From: Bacilli bacterium
GTDB taxonomy: Bacteria > Bacillota_I > Bacilli_A > RF39 > UBA660
NCBI GenBank assembly: GCA_036342255.1
Contig: JAZAUS010000005.1
Location: 35,954 to 99,953, forward strand
Reading direction: 5' to 3'
Length of the DNA stretch: 64,000 nucleotides
How positions within the stretch are numbered: the stretch's first letter is position 1; the number at the start of each line of letters is the position of its first letter. This document shows positions 12,103 through 20,006 of the stretch, piece after piece. Position numbers and translations under genes: made by a program. The notes under the pieces were generated by a model, which worked only from the letters and a program-made list of their open reading frames with translations, ran no database searches and had not been told where the DNA came from.

Positions 12103-13443
12103 TTACTTTATCTTCTCATCTAAATTTTTACCAATTGGTATACCAATTCTTTTATCTACTTCGAAATGTAATAGAATATTCATATACCAATATATAACAT
12201 GTATTATTGGATTTTTATTTCTTTTTATTAAGGCTATCCATCTTTTAAAAATAAAGCCAATAGTAAAAAATTTCTTTTTATATTCTCTACAAAGTTCCTT
12301 TAACTCATGAGCTGTTACTAATTTTGGTTGATAAGATATTGTTCCATAAGTATAATTATCTTCTAACCACCACTTAGGTGATATTAATCTTTTCTCTTCT
12401 TCAAATCTTTTATAAGTATTAGTATTTGGAAAAGCAAGAAGATGATTGAATGCTGCCACAAAAAACTTATGTTTTTGACAAAATTCTAAACTCTTTGCAA
12501 AACTTTCTTCTGTATCATAGTCAAATCCAAATACAAAACTTGCATAAATACTAATACCAGCATTATGAATATTTTCTACCAATTTGTCTCTTTGCCCTAA
12601 TTTAGCATTCCATTCTTTATTCATTTGCTTTAAATTGTTAGGATCAATTGATTCAAAACCAATTAGTATCATTACACAGCCACTTTTTCTCATTAATCTT
12701 AATAATTCTTGATCTATTGCTACATCTAATGTTACTTGAGTAACCCAAATTATATGTAATTTTTCTACCGCTTTAAATAATTCTTTGGCAAATTTTTTGT
12801 CTGAAAAAATACTATCATCGACAAAGAAAACTATTTTCTTTTTAGTTTCTTTTATCTCTTCTATAATATCTTTTACCCTTCGATGATGATATGTTCCTTT
12901 GTAATATGCATTTATAGAACAAAATTCACAATTATGACGGCATCCTCTGCCTGTTTCTATTAGAGCTATTGATAAGTATTTTTTCATCTTACTTTTATAT
13001 ATACTTCTATCAGGTTTACCATAACTAAGACATGTTTCTCCGAAATATTCTTTTTTGTATTTCTTTTTTTCAATATCTTCAAAAACTTCTTTAATCATCT
13101 TTTCAGCGTTACCTCGCATTATAATATCACAGTGATCTCTAACATCTTCTGGTACCATAGTAGAATGATAACCACCCATGATTATTATTTTGCCTTTTTT
13201 TCTAAACTTATCAGCTATTTCATATGCTCTTTTAGCAGTATATGTTTCTACTGTAATACAAACTACATCAGCATCTGTTTCGTAATCAATAGCTTCAATT
13301 CTATCATCATAAAATATTCTATCATATTTTTTTGGTAATAGTTTGTTTAATACAGCTATAGTCAAAGGTTCCATTAACCATGATTTTAGATATTTTTCAT
13401 TATGCTTTTTTCCAATTCCTGGTAATATAAAGGCTACTTTCAT
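12103..13443 (-). CDS. Cobalamin-binding radical SAM enzyme (5th in operon)
   Basis: N-terminal B12-binding Rossmann domain (DVVCIT..MGGYH), RGCRHNCEFC, FFVDD, IGFES. Confidence 0.92.
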   Translation of the reverse strand: MKVAFILPGIGKKHNEKYLKSWLMEPLTIAVLNKLLPKKYDRIFYDDRIEAIDYETDADVVCITVETYTAKRAYEIADKFRKKGKIIIMGGYHSTMVPEDVRDHCDIIMRGNAEKMIKEVFEDIEKKKYKKEYFGETCLSYGKPDRSIYKSKMKKYLSIALIETGRGCRHNCEFCSINAYYKGTYHHRRVKDIIEEIKETKKKIVFFVDDSIFSDKKFAKELFKAVEKLHIIWVTQVTLDVAIDQELLRLMRKSGCVMILIGFESIDPNNLKQMNKEWNAKLGQRDKLVENIHNAGISIYASFVFGFDYDTEESFAKSLEFCQKHKFFVAAFNHLLAFPNTNTYKRFEEEKRLISPKWWLEDNYTYGTISYQPKLVTAHELKELCREYKKKFFTIGFIFKRWIALIKRNKNPIIHVIYWYMNILLHFEVDKRIGIPIGKNLDEKIK

Positions 13444-14798
13444 TTTTTTGCCTCCTCATCTTTTTCTTTGCAACCAAATGTCATTCCTTGTTTTTCAAAG
13501 ACTTCTCTTCTAAAAACTGGATTATAAGCAAGATAGGTAAACATTCTAATAGGATTTCGCATATTAGTATGTGGCTCAAAAAACCTATATATTACCGACC
13601 CTATACTATTATATTTTTTTCTGCACCAAAAAGCAACCTCTGTTAATTCTGATGGAGTCATATTTTTTGGAATAAATGCACAATAATTAAATTTATATTC
13701 AGGATGTAACCACCATTTTCCATCATAGATAAGCCTTCCTTCTTTTTTTAAATCATCATACAACTTAGTTCCTGGATATGGCATTAATATGTTATAGGCG
13801 GCAAAACAAAATTTGTTTTTTAAAGCAAATTTCATTGTCGCTTTAATACTTTCTATTGTATCAGTATCATGACCTATAGTAAAAGCAGCCCATGTTTGTA
13901 ATCCATATTTTTTTAGTTTTTTTATTGCTTCTTTGTATTGATTTTGAACATATTTTTTATTAACTCCCTTATTCATAAATTTGATACTTTCAGGTTTTAT
14001 TGATTCAAAACCAATTACATGGCCCAAGCAACCACTTTTAACCATTAATTTCATTAGTTCATCATCATCTAACATATCAATACTTCCTTGACTTACCCAT
14101 TTAACTTTTAGAGGTATTAAGGCTTTAAATAATTCTTTAGCTTTCTTCTTATCTCCTACTATATTATCATCAACAAAAAATAATACTTTTCTTTTTTGAG
14201 ATTTTATTTCTGCTACTACTTCATCTATATCACGACAAAAATGTTTTTGCTTAAAATAAACACTTGATGCACAATACTTGCAATTATATCTACAACCTCT
14301 TGAGAATTGAAGTAATGTCATTGGCAAATACTTTTTACCTTCAAAGATATCTCTTCTTGTCATTACTCCTTTTTGAGGTATGCATACTGGATTACATTTA
14401 TATACTTTTTTTAGTTTTCCTTTTTTAAAATCATTTATCATTTCTTCCCATTTATCTTCAGCATCACCAATCATAATTGAATCACAATGTTCTTTTACTT
14501 CTTCTGGTATTAGGGTTACATGGATACCTCCCATAAGAACCTTTTTGCCACGTTTCATAAATTCTTCACTTATTTCATAGCTTCTTCTTGCAGTAAATGT
14601 TTCAACTGTGATTGCTACTAGATCTGTATCTTCATCATAAGGAATTGGTTCAAGTCTATCATCATACATAACTACATCAACATCTTTAGGGGTAAGAGCT
14701 GCTAAAATTCCTAGTTGTAGTGGTTCCATACTAGCATTATCTACATATAAACTATGTTCTCGTCTACCAATATTAGGTTTTATTAATGTTAATTTCAT
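13440..14798 (-). CDS. Cobalamin-binding radical SAM enzyme (4th in operon)
   Basis: DLVAIT..MGGIH, RGCRYNCKYC, FFVDDN, IGFES, MPYPGT. Confidence 0.92.
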   Translation of the reverse strand: MKLTLIKPNIGRREHSLYVDNASMEPLQLGILAALTPKDVDVVMYDDRLEPIPYDEDTDLVAITVETFTARRSYEISEEFMKRGKKVLMGGIHVTLIPEEVKEHCDSIMIGDAEDKWEEMINDFKKGKLKKVYKCNPVCIPQKGVMTRRDIFEGKKYLPMTLLQFSRGCRYNCKYCASSVYFKQKHFCRDIDEVVAEIKSQKRKVLFFVDDNIVGDKKKAKELFKALIPLKVKWVSQGSIDMLDDDELMKLMVKSGCLGHVIGFESIKPESIKFMNKGVNKKYVQNQYKEAIKKLKKYGLQTWAAFTIGHDTDTIESIKATMKFALKNKFCFAAYNILMPYPGTKLYDDLKKEGRLIYDGKWWLHPEYKFNYCAFIPKNMTPSELTEVAFWCRKKYNSIGSVIYRFFEPHTNMRNPIRMFTYLAYNPVFRREVFEKQGMTFGCKEKDEEAKK

Positions 14799-14799
14799 A

Positions 14800-16104
14800 C
14801 TACTTTCCTCCTAATTTTTTTCCTTGTTTACGATGAATCTCTTTTCTTGAAATAATATTTAATATTAAAAATATAAGTATATTAAATGGATTTAAATGAC
14901 ATTTATTACAAATTAATCTTTTAAAAATATTTTTATACGTATTAAAAGTATATCTTGCTTCTTTACAACCTTCTTTTAAATCTTCTGGAGACATATTTTT
15001 GGGATAATAAGCACTATCTCCATAACAAAAATTTTCTTCTAACCACCATTTATTATAAATTAATTCTTTATTATCTTCTAATCTTTTATATAATCTTGTA
15101 CCGGGCATAGGAATTAAAGGATTAAAATTTGCGATAGTTAAATTATTTTTAATAGCAAACTCCATTGTCTTTTTTATATCTTCTTTAGTATCATAATCAT
15201 ATCCTAGTACAAAGGTACCATAAATCATTATTTTATGTTTATAGATATTTTTAATGGCTTCTTCATATTTTTTAATGTTTAAATTAGCACTTTTGTTCAT
15301 TAATTTTAAATTTTTTGAATTTAAAGATTCAAAACCCATTAATACTAATATGCAACCGCTTTCTTTCATTGATTTTAATAATTTATCATTAAAGGCTACA
15401 TCCATACTTATTTGACAGGCCCATTTCTTTTTTAATGGTTGAATGGATTTAAATAAAGCTAGTGCACTTTTTTCATCGAGAAAAATATTATCATCTATAA
15501 AAAATATTAATTTCTCTTTAATGTTTCTTATTTCTTCTATGGTATCTTCTAGTGATTTTTGTCTAACTTTACTTTTATAGAAGCTTCTAATAGAACAAAA
15601 ATCACAATTAAACTTACATCCTCTTGAGAATTGTACTAAACCTATTTTATTATATTTTTTTCCATAATAAACTTTAGAATTAAAATCTATTTTAGCTATA
15701 TTAGTTTTATTAGATGATTTATATATTTTTTTAATTTTACCTTTTTTATAGTCATTTATTAAGTCTGGCCATGTATCTTCAGCATCACCTATTAAAACTA
15801 CATCACAATATTCTAAGGCTTCTTCTGGCAACATAGTTGGATGAAATCCTCCCATTACAATGATATTATTTTTAGTTTTATATTTTTTTGCTAATTTATA
15901 GGCTCTTCTTGCAGCGAAAGTTTCTACAGAAAGAGATATAATGTCACTATCAATTTGTTCTGGTAGTTCCTCTACTCTTTCATCAAAGTACTCCATTTCG
16001 ACATCTTTAGGAGTTATTGTATCCATTATACCAAATAATAACGGTTTCATAGCATCATAGCCTTTGCCCTCAATCATACTAACTTTTATAATTGTTGCTT
16101 TCAT
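14800..16104 (-). CDS. Cobalamin-binding radical SAM enzyme (3rd in operon)
   Basis: MGGFHPT, GDAE, RGCKFNCDFC, FFIDDN, MGFES, PMPGT. Confidence 0.92.
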   Translation of the reverse strand: MKATIIKVSMIEGKGYDAMKPLLFGIMDTITPKDVEMEYFDERVEELPEQIDSDIISLSVETFAARRAYKLAKKYKTKNNIIVMGGFHPTMLPEEALEYCDVVLIGDAEDTWPDLINDYKKGKIKKIYKSSNKTNIAKIDFNSKVYYGKKYNKIGLVQFSRGCKFNCDFCSIRSFYKSKVRQKSLEDTIEEIRNIKEKLIFFIDDNIFLDEKSALALFKSIQPLKKKWACQISMDVAFNDKLLKSMKESGCILVLMGFESLNSKNLKLMNKSANLNIKKYEEAIKNIYKHKIMIYGTFVLGYDYDTKEDIKKTMEFAIKNNLTIANFNPLIPMPGTRLYKRLEDNKELIYNKWWLEENFCYGDSAYYPKNMSPEDLKEGCKEARYTFNTYKNIFKRLICNKCHLNPFNILIFLILNIISRKEIHRKQGKKLGGK

Positions 16105-16112
16105 TATATCAC

Positions 16113-17405
16113 CTAGTTCATTCCTAAAAACTTAAATCCTATATTTGCTCCTAAACATATTAATTTTTCACTAATACTATTATTTTTTAATAATCTTACT
16201 CTCCTAAATATATTTTTCCAGGTATATGTTTCTTTCCATACTTGTTTATATATTTCCTCTAATCTTTCTTTTGTCATATTCTTTGGTTTATATACTGCAA
16301 TATGTTGTGTATACTGACTCCAATCATTTATAATGATTCTGCCTTCTCTTTCTAATCTTTTATATAATGGTGAATTGGGTACAGGTGTCAATATTGAAAA
16401 TCTTGCTAAGTTTAGTTTAAGATAATTAATTTGTTCTGGAATTGATAATAATAATTCTTCCGTATCACCATCTAGACCAAGAATGAAACAACCATTAACA
16501 GATATTTTATGTTTATGCATAATTTCAATAGCTTCTTTGTATTTGTTTGGATCATTAAATCCTTTCTTTGCTTTTCTAAGACTATTAATGCTTAAAGATT
16601 CTAGTCCTACTAATAATCCTTTACACCCGCTTTCTTCAGCTAGTTGCATTAATTCTTCATCGAATGCTACATTGATTGTTGCTGAACCAGACCATTTAAT
16701 TTTTAATTTTTTTAATTCATGCATTAATTCTATTGCATAATCTCTTATAGCAAAAAAGTTAGGGTCAAAAAATATAATCAATTTAGATTTTAAACTTTTT
16801 ATTTCTTCTATGACGTCTTTTATAGGTCTAGGTCCACAACTTTTCCACATTTCACTTATTACACAAAACTCACAATGATTTGGACAACCTCTATTAGCAA
16901 TAACGGCAGGATATTTTAAATATTTTCTTTTAGGAATTACACTTCTATCAGGAGAAACTATATCTTTTCCTTTAATATTTTGCATATTATATACTTTTTT
17001 AGGTTTACCTTTTACAAAATCATTTAGAAATTTGGGAAATGAATATTCTCCAGCTCCTATTATTACTGTATCAGCATGTTTACCTGCTTCTTCTGGCATA
17101 TAGGTTGGATGATAACCACCCATTACAATATAAGACCCTTTTTCTTTAAATATTTTAGCAATTTCATAACTTCTAATTGCTGCAGATGTCTGTAAAGTAA
17201 TAACAACTATATCATATTGTTTTTTTAAATACTTATTAATTTTTTCAACCATTTCATCGCATACATCTATTTCCACATCTAAGTTTTTGGGTATTAATGC
17301 TTTTAAAGTTGCTAAGGTAAGTGGTGCATAAGATATTAAAAAACTATATTTGGAACGATAGCTTTTATCGCTTGTATGCCATGGTTGTACTAATAGCATT
17401 CTCAT
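16113..17405 (-). CDS. Cobalamin-binding radical SAM enzyme (2nd in operon)
   Basis: MGGYHPT, RGCPNHCEFC, FFDPN, VGLES, TPVPNS. Confidence 0.92.
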   Translation of the reverse strand: MRMLLVQPWHTSDKSYRSKYSFLISYAPLTLATLKALIPKNLDVEIDVCDEMVEKINKYLKKQYDIVVITLQTSAAIRSYEIAKIFKEKGSYIVMGGYHPTYMPEEAGKHADTVIIGAGEYSFPKFLNDFVKGKPKKVYNMQNIKGKDIVSPDRSVIPKRKYLKYPAVIANRGCPNHCEFCVISEMWKSCGPRPIKDVIEEIKSLKSKLIIFFDPNFFAIRDYAIELMHELKKLKIKWSGSATINVAFDEELMQLAEESGCKGLLVGLESLSINSLRKAKKGFNDPNKYKEAIEIMHKHKISVNGCFILGLDGDTEELLLSIPEQINYLKLNLARFSILTPVPNSPLYKRLEREGRIIINDWSQYTQHIAVYKPKNMTKERLEEIYKQVWKETYTWKNIFRRVRLLKNNSISEKLICLGANIGFKFLGMN

Positions 17406-18763
17406 TTCTTTTTTCTCCCTTTTTTAATTGGATTAGGAATATCACTGTTATCACACATTACATCTTCACCATATATTCTATATCCTTTAGCATATTTTCT
17501 ATATCCAATATTTAAAGCCATATATATTGTTTTAATCGTTTTTATTTTTGTAATATCCATTCTTTTTAGTATACTTTTCCAAGAATAGGTTTTTTTCCAA
17601 GCCCAGCTTATTCCTTCTTCTAACTCTTCTTTAGTCATATTCTTTGGTTTATATACGACATGCTCTACATCATATAAAGCCCAATCTTTTTCAATTATTC
17701 TACCTTCTTTTTCTAATTGTTCATAAAATTTAGTATTTGGAAAAGGTGTAATTACTGAGAATCTTGGTAAATCAATTTTTGCTTCTTCACACATTTTTAC
17801 TGTTCTTTCAAAAACATCTTTTTTATCTTCATCAGAACCAAAAGCAAAGCATCCCATAACCATAATTCCATGTTTATGTAATTTTGTCATTAAATCTTTA
17901 TATTGATCAACTTTATTTACAGCTTTATGAATATTTTTTTGCGTATCTTGATTGACTGATTCAAAGCCAATTAATAATCCTTTACATCCACTTTTTTCAA
18001 ATATTTTTAGTAACTCATCATTTAATCCTATTGCTGTGGTGGTTAAACCAAACCACCACTTTTTTAGAGGAATCATAGCTGTAAATAATTCTTTGGCATA
18101 ATTTATATCTGCTATTAAATTTACATCTGGAAATACTACTTCTTTCCCTTTTAGATGTTTTATTTCATCAATAATATCTTCGATTGGTCTTTTATATATC
18201 CTTTGTCCAAAGGCTTTTGGATAGGCACAAAAAGTACAATTATGATTACAACCTCTAATAGCTTCCACTGTATTTAATGTAATATATTTCTTTTTATTTA
18301 ATAGATCTTTTCTTGGTAGTGGCCTATTTGCTATATCTGTACATTTATCTTGTTTATATAATTTCTTTAATTTTCCATTTTTTATATCTCTTAAAGCTTG
18401 AGGAAAAGTATCATCACCTAATCCCGTCATAATACAATCAGCATGTTTCATTGCTTCTTCTGGACATAATGATGGGTGAACTCCACCCATTAAGACTATT
18501 TTTCCTATACTTCTAAAATAATCTGCATATTTATAACATCTAGAAGCTGTACCTGTGATACAAGTTATGACAATTACATCGGCATCTAAATCTAATGGTA
18601 TAGCTTCAGCTGTTTCATCATATATTTTTATTTCTGCATTTAATTCCTTTGGTACTAATGCTGCAAGTAAGGCTAATGTTATTGGTGCATAATGCAGATT
18701 TTTATGAAAATCTCCATTATATCGATGCATGGCTCCAGCTGGTGATAGTAGTGCTATTTTCAT
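17402..18763 (-). CDS. Cobalamin-binding radical SAM enzyme (1st in operon)
   Basis: MGGVHPS, RGCNHNCTFC, FPDVN, IGFES, TPFPNT. Confidence 0.92.
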   Translation of the reverse strand: MKIALLSPAGAMHRYNGDFHKNLHYAPITLALLAALVPKELNAEIKIYDETAEAIPLDLDADVIVITCITGTASRCYKYADYFRSIGKIVLMGGVHPSLCPEEAMKHADCIMTGLGDDTFPQALRDIKNGKLKKLYKQDKCTDIANRPLPRKDLLNKKKYITLNTVEAIRGCNHNCTFCAYPKAFGQRIYKRPIEDIIDEIKHLKGKEVVFPDVNLIADINYAKELFTAMIPLKKWWFGLTTTAIGLNDELLKIFEKSGCKGLLIGFESVNQDTQKNIHKAVNKVDQYKDLMTKLHKHGIMVMGCFAFGSDEDKKDVFERTVKMCEEAKIDLPRFSVITPFPNTKFYEQLEKEGRIIEKDWALYDVEHVVYKPKNMTKEELEEGISWAWKKTYSWKSILKRMDITKIKTIKTIYMALNIGYRKYAKGYRIYGEDVMCDNSDIPNPIKKGRKKK

Positions 18764-18773
18764 GTTACTCCTC

Positions 18774-19919
18774 CTAATCTATTGGTATTAATGATGATAT
18801 AGCCATTATTATTATAAAGACAGATATAGTTATTAGAAGAATTTTACTTTTAGCAATATTACCAAGTAATGGCTCTTTTTCTTTTTTGACAGCATGATAA
18901 TAAGCTGGTATTATAACAAGAACTAATATTATTGATAATGCTCCTGCTCCTATCTGAATAAAATCTAATATACTCATTGGTAATAATAAAGCAATAATTA
19001 TTGTTGGTATTGTGCTAATAATCCAGGCAGTTCTTCTTTTTGTTTTTAATTCATTTTCTACTATATCTGTAAATGCTAATCCTGAAGTCCAATATGAACT
19101 AAACATAGCTGATAGCACAAACAATGAGCATAATATCTTAATAAAACTATTATTAATAGTATCAGACAAACCTATTGTAGCTATAGTCGTTATTTTTTTT
19201 GAACTAATTATAGTTATATATGCAAATACAATAGTAAGGATAGCATTTATAGATAAACCTGTTAAAGCAACTTTCTTTATATCTTTTTTTTCTTTTAAAT
19301 AATTAGTTACTTGTACTAAAGAAAAAATTGATGAAAAAGCAAACATAAATAATCCATATACTGCTAACACTTTTTCAATATTGCCAAAATTTAATGTAAT
19401 TCCTCTTTGAATATGAAAAAGAGATAAGAATGATAGAATTATAATTACAAGACTAATTAGTGACACAGATATTTTTTCTCCATTTGATATTCCTTTTATA
19501 CCACATAATATAACCAAAGAAGAAATGATATAAAAGATAATTTTTGATAGTTTTATATTTATTGATAGCAGATTAGCAAGAATTTCACTACCACATAATA
19601 TATAAACAATGAGATTTTGTAAAATCATTAGTATAAGAACAATAAAGAATATTATTGATAATATTTTTCCAAATTTTCCAAAAAAAAGATGTTCATTTAA
19701 AATTCCTAATAATTCTTTTGAATTCTTAGAATTTCTTGTCATTTCACATATCATTAAATATAATACTGCACTGACAAAATAAGCGATTATAATAGCCGTT
19801 AGTGTTCCAAATATTCCTATTTTATTTATTACATATGGTAGAGTTAAAATTCCAGTCCCAATTCCTGAACCGGCAATAATCATTATTCCTTCGAGATTTG
19901 TTATTTTATCTGTTCTCAT
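18774..19919 (-). CDS. Aromatic amino acid permease family (HAAAP/APC) transporter
   Basis: IIAGSGIGTGILTLPY TM1 motif, about 11 TM segments; AAGGTG RBS favours the ATG at 19919 over the GTG at 19928. Confidence 0.8.
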   Translation of the reverse strand: MRTDKITNLEGIMIIAGSGIGTGILTLPYVINKIGIFGTLTAIIIAYFVSAVLYLMICEMTRNSKNSKELLGILNEHLFFGKFGKILSIIFFIVLILMILQNLIVYILCGSEILANLLSINIKLSKIIFYIISSLVILCGIKGISNGEKISVSLISLVIIILSFLSLFHIQRGITLNFGNIEKVLAVYGLFMFAFSSIFSLVQVTNYLKEKKDIKKVALTGLSINAILTIVFAYITIISSKKITTIATIGLSDTINNSFIKILCSLFVLSAMFSSYWTSGLAFTDIVENELKTKRRTAWIISTIPTIIIALLLPMSILDFIQIGAGALSIILVLVIIPAYYHAVKKEKEPLLGNIAKSKILLITISVFIIIMAISSLIPID

Positions 19920-19955
19920 TTTTTTCACCTTTTACTTCATTAACTTACTAATAAT

Positions 19956-19964
19956 ATTATATCA
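19956..19964 (-). promoter_or_regulatory. Extended -10 promoter (TGATATAAT) for the radical SAM operon
   Basis: Exact TG-n-TATAAT between the pheT terminator and the permease RBS. Confidence 0.6.
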
Positions 19965-19965
19965 T

Positions 19966-19995
19966 AAAAATAGATTAAGTTTCTAACTTAATCTA
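19966..19995 (-). terminator. Intrinsic terminator after pheT
   Basis: TAGATTAAGTT-aga-AACTTAATCTA followed by TTTTT on the minus strand. Confidence 0.65.
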
Positions 19996-20006
19996 TTAAA
20001 TTATAT

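Noticed and set aside
12103-18763. Assigning specific names (bchE, hpnP, hpnJ, ladderane genes) to the rSAMs
   Set aside because: Only the shared domain architecture is visible. There is no chlorophyll, hopanoid or FAS/ACP context to support a specific orthology.
6093-19964. Reading the rSAM cluster as a RiPP locus
   Set aside because: There is no short precursor ORF with an RBS in the tiny intergenic gaps, and no SPASM/RRE domain, peptidase or ABC exporter. A precursor elsewhere in the genome cannot be excluded.
19920-20006. Cobalamin riboswitch upstream of the B12-rSAM operon
   Set aside because: The gap is under 90 nt, is filled by a terminator and promoter, and has no B12-box-like sequence.
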